Positions 51,567 through 59,201 of a stretch of 64,000 nucleotides of DNA are shown piece after piece. The stretch is from a virus. Its lineage: Duplodnaviria > Caudoviricetes. Position numbers and translations under genes: made by a program. Each line of letters starts with the position of its first letter. Position 1 is the first letter of the stretch. The stretch is taken from the IMG/VR virus record IMGVR_UViG_3300028048_000040, positions 32,001-96,000 of that record, one strand, 5' to 3'. The notes below the pieces were generated by a model. It made no database searches, was not told where the DNA came from, and saw only the letters and a list, made by a program, of their open reading frames with translations.

Positions 51567-52337
51567 TCATTTTTGAGTTGGTTGATCAAAAAACATACTA
51601 ATACCTAATTCGAGTTCTAATAAAGACAATACCATTACAGATAACATCTTGATCAAATGAAATGTCATATTTGTAAAACTATTACTATCATCTTCCTTAA
51701 TAGCAGAATCTAATAGATAGTTAGGATTGCTTATATTTCCATCTCCATCTATCTTTATATACTTAAATTTTAGTAAATCTGCTGTCTTAGCATGAAATTC
51801 ATCTTCACAGTCATATATTGTTTGTGTAAGTTCACAAGTTCCATCTAATAAGTTTACATTAGCTTTAGTAATCGTATACTTATTCTCAAATGAGTCAAAT
51901 GCCTCTGTTGATCTACATATAACATTGAACCAATCCATTACTACATTCTCATCTGTAGTATCTAAATCTAGATTAGATTGTATAGTGAGTTCATTTTCTT
52001 TAAATACTCTTTTTATAATCTCTTCGGTATCTTTCTCTGCTGTAGCAGCATAAGTTAATAAAAACTCTATAAAGCTTAATAAGACAGGTATTATTCTATT
52101 AGGATACTTTTCTACTGTCTTTAAATATCTACTCATAGAATTCATAGCAAACTTTTGTATTCTAGGATACTTCCAGTTCACAAAATACCATAACTTAATT
52201 TTATTGATAGTTTTTTCAAACCAAGTCTTTTGAGTACTCATTGCCATACCAAGATTAGATAAAGAGTTTAGAAACTTCATGTACATGGTAAACAACCTCA
52301 TTAATTGCCCTTCATCATTTTCTTTGTTCCAAAACAT
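51567..52337 (-). CDS. Hypothetical protein
   Basis: Likely start MFWN at 52337 after AAGGTGA. Confidence 0.6.
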   Translation of the reverse strand: MFWNKENDEGQLMRLFTMYMKFLNSLSNLGMAMSTQKTWFEKTINKIKLWYFVNWKYPRIQKFAMNSMSRYLKTVEKYPNRIIPVLLSFIEFLLTYAATAEKDTEEIIKRVFKENELTIQSNLDLDTTDENVVMDWFNVICRSTEAFDSFENKYTITKANVNLLDGTCELTQTIYDCEDEFHAKTADLLKFKYIKIDGDGNISNPNYLLDSAIKEDDSNSFTNMTFHLIKMLSVMVLSLLELELGISMFFDQPTQK

Positions 52338-53031
52338 GATTAAACTCACCTTCCAAATATTTGATGTGATAATACGAATATAGTAAGGACATAAAAGTTC
52401 TCTCACAAGTATCTATATACTCCTTATGTTGTGGATTCATAAAGTCTAATGTATATTCATTATATGTAGGAGATGATTTAGACAGCTGTAAAATTACAGC
52501 TCCTCTTAAATTAGTATTATGAACTTCTCTAAGAACTTTATTATATGCTGCTAACTGAAGGAAGTATTTATAAGTTATATGATTAGAAGTCTTAAAGTCT
52601 ATTAACCATGGTTCTCCATTGATAGATAATAGTAGATCATAAGTACCACCATAATACTGACAGATTAAAGGAATCTCTTGTCCTAATATCTGTACAGTCT
52701 GATTAGATATAAGATTATTCCACCAGTTAATAAATGCCATCATAGAAAAATAAGGAGCATCTTGTAAAATTCTATTCTCTTTTAGGAATATCTCTATTCC
52801 ATGATGAGTCTTACTACCATAATTACATGCTTCATTTAACACATCTCTATATTTCTGGTGTTTGAATCCTAAGTTATTAGCCCATATAGTTATAGCATCT
52901 GAATGAATCATATCAGATATAATAGATGTTACTCTAGGTACTTTATTTCCATTGAACGAATAGTCTGAAACTGATTCAGATAGTTTAAACTCTAAATCAT
53001 CTATGTCTTTGAACGAGAATTCATATTGCAT
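52315..53031 (-). CDS. PD-(D/E)XK exonuclease-family protein
   Basis: PRVTSI...GSKTH...E...GGTYD...IDFKTS...LQLAAY. Confidence 0.85.
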   Translation of the reverse strand: MQYEFSFKDIDDLEFKLSESVSDYSFNGNKVPRVTSIISDMIHSDAITIWANNLGFKHQKYRDVLNEACNYGSKTHHGIEIFLKENRILQDAPYFSMMAFINWWNNLISNQTVQILGQEIPLICQYYGGTYDLLLSINGEPWLIDFKTSNHITYKYFLQLAAYNKVLREVHNTNLRGAVILQLSKSSPTYNEYTLDFMNPQHKEYIDTCERTFMSLLYSYYHIKYLEGEFNHVLEQRK

Positions 53032-53121
53032 GTTGTTGCCTCCTATATATTTACTTATCTTGAAGTCTTCATTACAATAAAAAACAAGAGGGACTAACCG
53101 GACTAACCCCTCTTGTTAATC

Positions 53122-54015
53122 TTATTTTTTATCCTTTACACGATTTTCAATATACGATTCAATCGCAGTAAATAGACTATTATCTTTAAGCAATACAGAT
53201 TTGGCTAAACCAAGATGATTGATATTATAAATATAAGCATTAACTTCATCAATAGTTATATTGAATTTTTTAGCAATCTCCTTTTTCTTTTCTTCTACCT
53301 TCATTTTTAATAATTTGGTGTTTTTATAATATTCATTTTTTTCATATATTTGTTTAAAGAATTCTTCTTTTGTTTCTGCTTTACTATAGATATTATGTAT
53401 TACACGATTACCTTTAGGAATATAGACATAAACCCTATGTATATCTCTAAAGTTTTTATATGGAGATATATCAAATTTAAACGTATCCCTAATATCACGT
53501 ACTTTACGCTTTGAACCTTCTCTAATTTCATTAATATATTTGGTCCTAACGAAATGATCTATTTCTTTTAGCTCTTCATCAGTAATTTTTGATGTATCTC
53601 GTTTTATACCTTTTGATTCATATAAGTGCCTTCGTATAGCTGCAGTAGTAGCATCATAGTCTAAATTTAATTCTTCGCATAACGCATGTAATTTAGCTGG
53701 GTATTTCTTAGATCTGTTTAAGTTTTGACATTCTAATTCTATTTTTTCAAAATCTTCATCTACTAAAGACGTAAAATTTTTATGCAATTTAGAATAAACA
53801 AAATGTCTTAATGTAGATCGTTCCATATTATATTTACTACTAATAACACTAATCCTTTCTTTAATATTTTTCATAATCGAAGCTTGTTTTAGATATTCTC
53901 TTGTTTTTTCTAAATCTTTATCACACTTTCTATAATATGCAAATTCAATATTATAAATACTAAGATTTGGAAACTCTTTCATTAAAATATTTCGAATTCC
54001 TGGTTTACTACTCAT
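53122..54015 (-). CDS. Basic helical-repeat protein, paralog of 54808
   Basis: Shares KFD(I/L)...T(K/R)EEF.K.I...I.KKFN with 54808; early motif at 54038-54045. Confidence 0.65.
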   Translation of the reverse strand: MSSKPGIRNILMKEFPNLSIYNIEFAYYRKCDKDLEKTREYLKQASIMKNIKERISVISSKYNMERSTLRHFVYSKLHKNFTSLVDEDFEKIELECQNLNRSKKYPAKLHALCEELNLDYDATTAAIRRHLYESKGIKRDTSKITDEELKEIDHFVRTKYINEIREGSKRKVRDIRDTFKFDISPYKNFRDIHRVYVYIPKGNRVIHNIYSKAETKEEFFKQIYEKNEYYKNTKLLKMKVEEKKKEIAKKFNITIDEVNAYIYNINHLGLAKSVLLKDNSLFTAIESYIENRVKDKK

Positions 54016-54120
54016 CTCTTATCAACTCCTCATATAAATAGTATACAACTAAAAAATAATTTGCTCTAAAAATACAAAAAACATAGGGATTGCTCCCTAT
54101 GTTTTGAATAGATTGATTGA

Positions 54121-54345
54121 TTAGATAGTTTCTAACAATGGTTTATCTGGATGAAGAGAATTATACTCTTTAATACAAGCAAACTTTACTTCTGAAAGTT
54201 TGCTTTCATCAAAATGAATAGAACTAACCACTCCAGCTTTAGCAAGACGATAACGGATCTGACTGTAAGTCAATCCACACAAATTTCCCATGTAATTGAA
54301 AAACTTGTGATACTTGGTTTCCATTTCTCTTTCTTCTGTTGTCAT
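54121..54345 (-). CDS. Small HTH-like early protein
   Basis: CGLTYSQIRYRL; own promoter (54393-54400) and terminator. Confidence 0.65.
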   Translation of the reverse strand: MTTEEREMETKYHKFFNYMGNLCGLTYSQIRYRLAKAGVVSSIHFDESKLSEVKFACIKEYNSLHPDKPLLETI

Positions 54346-54458
54346 TTTTAAATACCTCCTAAATCTGAAAACATAATTTTCTTTTCATCTCTATAATATA
54401 TATCTATTTCTAAGTTTGAATAACAAAAAACAAGAGGGGATTCCCTCTTGTTTTATTT

Positions 54459-54758
54459 TTAATGAGCATCTTTAGATTCAAATGACTGTTTAGCTCTATC
54501 AATGATAACATCAGTACAGTGCTTTGTATCGAACATACCATGTTCTTTAAGCTCTCTGTAGCAATCATCATATGATAGATTATATTGATCTACCATATCA
54601 TCAACAAAGTTTTTTACATGAGCTTTGCACTGACGTTCTCTAAGAACATTCAATACCTTCTTTTCATCATACTCACAGGATTCGTATATCCTATCAACAT
54701 CCCTCTTTCTATACCCAAGTTCTGTTTCAATAGAGTAAATCTCATCTTTAATAGCCAT
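54459..54758 (-). CDS. Small helical early protein
   Basis: Own promoter (54792-54799), SD and terminator. Confidence 0.65.
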   Translation of the reverse strand: MAIKDEIYSIETELGYRKRDVDRIYESCEYDEKKVLNVLRERQCKAHVKNFVDDMVDQYNLSYDDCYRELKEHGMFDTKHCTDVIIDRAKQSFESKDAH

Positions 54759-54807
54759 TTTAACTATTCCTCCTTTCTACCTATCAATAAAATAATATAT
54801 AATTATT

Positions 54808-55728
54808 TTAAATTTTATTTATCACCCATTTTCTTTCTGTATTTAATTTTAGTTCTAACTCATTAAGCTTTTCAGTATCAAGAAAGTCTAGCTTACTCAT
54901 ATTTAATCTACTCCAAGCAAAATTAAATACAGTATTTTGTGATAAATTAAATTTTTTACATATAGCATCTATATTAGAATTTATCTGATCAGCATTTATT
55001 TTTGTAGTATTTAGCTTTTGTCTATGTTTAAGGTATTTTTCAATATTTTTATCAAATTCTTCTCTTGTTTTAGAATGTCTATATAATTCTATTGTTCTTG
55101 GAACATTAAATCCTTTGGCATTAGCAAATGCTGTTACTGAGCTATGACCGTCAAGATCAAACTTCAATGGTATCATTCTATAACTTATCTTCTTTGGTTT
55201 TTTATATTTATCTCTAGCATAAATATATATTTTATCTATTTCTTCTTCAGTTAAATCTTCAAGCTTTTTATTTTTATCTTTAATAACTGAACGTTTTATA
55301 GAATACATAGTTTCTTTGTTCATTTCTATACCTAATTCATTTATACGATTATGTAATTCTTTGATTCTCAAACGTGATTTATAAAATTCTTCAAATGAAT
55401 ATCGTAAATAGAAAGGTTTGGTATTATTTTTATTTATATATCTATCATATAACATTCTAACATATTCTCTATCAGTTTCATTATATTTTTTCATAATATA
55501 ATCTATTGAATCATGATTAGCTTTTGTCTTTTTTCTATATTCTAATATACGATTCATTCTAAATTCAAATTCTTTTTCATCATAATTACTTTTTATCAAC
55601 ATTGCTGTTACATTGTTTCTTATTAAAGAAAATTTCACTACAACATCTTTTACAGTATTACAATCTTTAAACATTTCTCCTTTAAATCCTTCAATATAGG
55701 TATCATATTTACTTTTACCTCTACTCAT
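54808..55728 (-). CDS. Basic helical-repeat protein, paralog of 53122
   Basis: Start MSRGK at 55728 after AGGAG. Confidence 0.65.
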   Translation of the reverse strand: MSRGKSKYDTYIEGFKGEMFKDCNTVKDVVVKFSLIRNNVTAMLIKSNYDEKEFEFRMNRILEYRKKTKANHDSIDYIMKKYNETDREYVRMLYDRYINKNNTKPFYLRYSFEEFYKSRLRIKELHNRINELGIEMNKETMYSIKRSVIKDKNKKLEDLTEEEIDKIYIYARDKYKKPKKISYRMIPLKFDLDGHSSVTAFANAKGFNVPRTIELYRHSKTREEFDKNIEKYLKHRQKLNTTKINADQINSNIDAICKKFNLSQNTVFNFAWSRLNMSKLDFLDTEKLNELELKLNTERKWVINKI

Positions 55729-55822
55729 TTTCTTTTCTCCTATTTCTTGACTACTAGAAAAATTATACATTATAAAATTCGAAAAGATAAGTATTAGAGC
55801 CAAAGCTCTAATACCTTAGTTT

Positions 55823-56146
55823 TTATTCAATTACCATAAAACTAGATAAGAACTTATCTCTTTCCAAATTTACTATTACCATATTATCTAATGTAACTTG
55901 AATTCTAGATGAACGTGGATCGTTCCACCAATACCACTGTTGATTAGGATTCAATCTTAATTCCATTACTGGAGTAATAATAGTAGAATTAGTCATAGGT
56001 TGACACAATCCAGGATTGCTCATACTATGAGTTACTGTTACAGTAAATCCATCTTTAACTACTTTCGTTACATTAGTAGGTGGAGGAATAAGACCTAAAT
56101 CAAAATTACTCCTACTCATACTACTAATTGGTTGAACTCCAATCAT
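55823..56146 (-). CDS. Hypothetical protein
   Basis: Start MIGVQ at 56146 after AAGGAG. Confidence 0.6.
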   Translation of the reverse strand: MIGVQPISSMSRSNFDLGLIPPPTNVTKVVKDGFTVTVTHSMSNPGLCQPMTNSTIITPVMELRLNPNQQWYWWNDPRSSRIQVTLDNMVIVNLERDKFLSSFMVIE

Positions 56147-56163
56147 AATAATCACTCCTTTGA

Positions 56164-56778
56164 TTAATCTTCCCAATATACAGCAATTAGTGAATCTTTC
56201 TTAGCCATATAATGATTTATATCTTCGATAACACAATCTTTCCATTCTGAATTACATTTATCCCAATAATACACAGATAACCATTTTCTAAAATACTCTA
56301 TTGCTTCATCTAAGTTATTAGTAACCATTTCTTTTCTTGGGCGATGCCAATAACTATTAATGAACTCTTCGTAAAATGGAAACTTCTTAGTCCATAACAC
56401 ATTAAGTGGAATTATTTTAGATTCATTGTATTTAGGTTTTACTATGGAGCTATATGTTTTTCCAATATAATCTTTCTCAATTTTGTAATACGGGCAAATA
56501 TAATTAGAATATGCTCTCTTTCTCAGATAATATGTATTGATAAAGGAATCATGTCCATAATAAAATTTACGTTTATCCAATGTTTTACGAGAACCTATTT
56601 CCCAAATAGCTGGAAGGGATAAATTATTATCATATTGAGTCCCATCCTTTTTATAGAACTTGTAATCTTTATCAGTATACTTTATCTTATTTCCAACTAT
56701 ATTCCCAATCAATTCATCTCTTGCAAATTCTACTTCTAGTGGTTCATATATTCTTAAGGTTACAGTACACCGCTCCAT
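56164..56778 (-). CDS. Hypothetical protein
   Basis: GAGG SD. Confidence 0.65.
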   Translation of the reverse strand: MERCTVTLRIYEPLEVEFARDELIGNIVGNKIKYTDKDYKFYKKDGTQYDNNLSLPAIWEIGSRKTLDKRKFYYGHDSFINTYYLRKRAYSNYICPYYKIEKDYIGKTYSSIVKPKYNESKIIPLNVLWTKKFPFYEEFINSYWHRPRKEMVTNNLDEAIEYFRKWLSVYYWDKCNSEWKDCVIEDINHYMAKKDSLIAVYWED

Positions 56779-56794
56779 AGTAAATTACCTCTCT

Positions 56795-57088
56795 TTAAAA
56801 TCCTAATTGATCTTTAATATACTTAAAATCTCCCTCCAATTCTTTAGGTAATAGTCCTCTTTTGAATAAGATATTAGATAGATTATTGATTAATCTACCA
56901 GCATCTCTCCTTTTAAAGAAGTTCCTTTGATCTGTATCAGCAGCTATTCCAATATCATATTTGAAATCATTAATAGCAGATGTTAATCTTGCCATTTCAT
57001 TTGCATCTGCAGTATATACTTCTTTCACCTCTTCTGTACCTGGAATAGTTACTTCTTTTAATACTTTCTTTACTTTAGATCTAGGCAT
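56795..57088 (-). CDS. Hypothetical protein
   Basis: Early motif at 57123-57130; AGGAG SD. Confidence 0.7.
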   Translation of the reverse strand: MPRSKVKKVLKEVTIPGTEEVKEVYTADANEMARLTSAINDFKYDIGIAADTDQRNFFKRRDAGRLINNLSNILFKRGLLPKELEGDFKYIKDQLGF

Positions 57089-57150
57089 TTACATTCTCCT
57101 CTCTTAATCTACCTACAATAAAATAGTATATATCTATAAAAAATATTAAA

Positions 57151-57181
57151 AAAGAAACAGGATGTAGAGTCCTGTTTCTTT
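57151..57181 (-). terminator. Intrinsic terminator (loop CTCTACA)
   Basis: AAAGAAACAGGA/TCCTGTTTCTTT with U-tract; near-twin at 47651-47683. Confidence 0.8.
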
Positions 57182-57187
57182 TTGTAT

Positions 57188-57571
57188 TTAAGCATTGAGG
57201 AAAGCATATTTGTATTCGAAATCGAATATATGTTTAACATGCTTGCAGAATTCCTCCTGCTGGTATTTAGAGAAAGACTTTGCTGATACAGTCATTACTG
57301 TATTTTTATCACCTCTCTTTGCTATAATATAGAAATAAGTATTGCCTTCTTCAGTATCATCAACCATGTTAATTTCTTCTAACTCGAATTCACCTCCTTC
57401 TTTTTTGAATAAGTTTAGATCTTTCTTGAGATCTTCCATGAATTCTCCACAGGAGCTATAGACCATTTTCTTGCCACTATCAGTGGTGACAAGACAAGTT
57501 CCACTGTAAATAAACACACCCAGATATTCTTCCAGTTCTGCCATTATTTCTTTGGAAATCTTCTTGCTCAT
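57188..57571 (-). CDS. Hypothetical early protein (monocistronic cassette)
   Basis: Has its own promoter, structured leader and terminator. Confidence 0.75.
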   Translation of the reverse strand: MSKKISKEIMAELEEYLGVFIYSGTCLVTTDSGKKMVYSSCGEFMEDLKKDLNLFKKEGGEFELEEINMVDDTEEGNTYFYIIAKRGDKNTVMTVSAKSFSKYQQEEFCKHVKHIFDFEYKYAFLNA

Positions 57572-57653
57572 GATAAAGTACCTCCTTATTAAATATATGA
57601 ACTAGCTCATCTTGACTAGTTCTTCACTTTATCACTGCTATAGTATACAAGTA
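57569..57653 (-). promoter_or_regulatory. Early promoter plus AUG-sequestering leader RNA (copy 2)
   Basis: TATACTAT at 57640-57647; GTGATAAAGTG pairs with TACTTTATCAT; inner 8-bp hairpin. Confidence 0.65.
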
Positions 57654-57661
57654 AAAAAATT

Positions 57662-57776
57662 AAAAATGACATGATATGGAAGAGAGGAGATCTGGTTCTG
57701 ACTTCAGATCCCATGTGTGTATGTTAAATCAAATTCCCCAACTCAATTTTACTGCTTTTCTTCCACATCACATCAC
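57662..57776 (-). ncRNA. Candidate ~115-nt small RNA
   Basis: Promoter at 57781-57788; 17-18-bp 5'/3' closing helix with G-U pairs only on the minus strand; U-tract; no SD-led ORF. Confidence 0.55.
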
Positions 57777-57803
57777 TATTATAGTATATAACTATAATTT
57801 GGT

Positions 57804-58067
57804 TTACTTTGCAGAATCAAGATACGTTTTTAACTTATTTTCAAATTCTGCTTCAGTTTCACAGGTTTCTCTTATGTACTTAATCTCTTTCCCAATAGTA
57901 TTCAATTCATTCTCTATATTAACTATATGAGGATATGCAAATTTTGCACTTTCAAGAATAGAACCTGTAGATCTAATCATTTTTTCATTAGCTTCAGAAA
58001 GACTAGTAATAATCTTTACTAAGTCCTCTTTATCTAACTTCATTAAAGCTTCTTTAGAAATTTTCAT
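57804..58067 (-). CDS. Small coiled-coil early protein
   Basis: Early motif at 58103-58110; GGAGGTG SD. Confidence 0.7.
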   Translation of the reverse strand: MKISKEALMKLDKEDLVKIITSLSEANEKMIRSTGSILESAKFAYPHIVNIENELNTIGKEIKYIRETCETEAEFENKLKTYLDSAK

Positions 58068-58202
58068 TTGAATTCACCTCCTCTCATCAACCACCCATAA
58101 AAATAGTATATGCCTAAAAATAAGTTTACTAGATAGATTATATACTAACGACATTTACATAAATTGAGATCTTATTATTTCATAAGGGAGGAATATATAC
58201 AG

Positions 58203-59183
58203 ATGAGCAACATCAAAACTTATTCTGATACTTATCTATATCAGAAATATCCTATTTACACAAAGAAACTTACAGATGCTATTATGAGAGATCCTGTAAT
58301 TGAAAAGAATACAGATACATTCTCAGATGTAGAGTATGTAGTTAAGAAAGCAAGAATCTCTGATTCTTTAGTAAACATTCTTAAATCTAGAAATGTTATT
58401 CTATTAGCATGTGAAGATCCTCTTCCTAGAGCATTTAAAGTATTTGCTGCTAGAGATATGAAATCTAAAGATAGAGCACTTAGAATCTTCATAGATTGTA
58501 CTGGTGTAATCACTAAGTCTAAAACTTCTATGGATTATACTGTGAATGAATCTAAACTTCTATCATATCTATTATCTGCTGGTGTTACTATGGCTTATCA
58601 TAAAGATGCTAGTATGATTACTAGAAGAAGTGCATTAGTTACTGGTTCTACAGAAGCATTTGCTAAATGCTTTACTTTCATTATAGATTATCTAACTAAA
58701 GTATCTATTCAGGAATCTAGTAAAGTAAAAGTAATGTATCTATCTTCTATGTATTTCCTAATTGGTCAGTTAGGATTAGATGAGTCTAGAGCACAACCTA
58801 TTGCTAAGAAGATTGCTGGTATTTCTGAAAGAGAAGCTACTATGCTAGATATGCTTCTAGAGAAATATAGTGTACCTAAAGGTGGAAATACTAAAGATCA
58901 TTCTCCATATGAGAATATCAAAGTGTTTGTATCTGCTCTAAGAGAAGTAATGCATTTTAACGCTAAAACTATTAGTGTAGATATTGTAGTAGAAAGATGG
59001 ATGCACTCCTATGGTGTAGGAACAGTATTTGCATTAGAATATTTCCCAGCATTCTCTGCTATGATGACAGATGCTTATATTGGTGGATACTTAAACTCTC
59101 AGAAAACTATAGAGAAAATTTGTGGATCTACTATGGTTCAGTATTCTAAGGATGCAATCGACTTTGTAAGTAGCTTAGCTTAA
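58203..59183 (+). CDS. Jumbo-phage late (probable virion) protein
   Basis: ATG at 58203 after GGGAGG; GACA-N6-TA at 58150-58161. Confidence 0.7.
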   Translation: MSNIKTYSDTYLYQKYPIYTKKLTDAIMRDPVIEKNTDTFSDVEYVVKKARISDSLVNILKSRNVILLACEDPLPRAFKVFAARDMKSKDRALRIFIDCTGVITKSKTSMDYTVNESKLLSYLLSAGVTMAYHKDASMITRRSALVTGSTEAFAKCFTFIIDYLTKVSIQESSKVKVMYLSSMYFLIGQLGLDESRAQPIAKKIAGISEREATMLDMLLEKYSVPKGGNTKDHSPYENIKVFVSALREVMHFNAKTISVDIVVERWMHSYGVGTVFALEYFPAFSAMMTDAYIGGYLNSQKTIEKICGSTMVQYSKDAIDFVSSLA

Positions 59184-59201
59184 TGAGAAAGTAGTGATTA
59201 G

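Noticed and set aside
52315-53031. Cas4 of a CRISPR adaptation module
   Set aside because: No four-Cys Fe-S pattern and no cas1/cas2 or array; a generic phage PD-(D/E)XK nuclease.
30519-58110. TATACT/TATATT sites as ordinary host sigmaA -10 boxes
   Set aside because: No consistent -35, and extra conserved positions (YA, AT, DTG) favour a phage polymerase. Not fully excluded.
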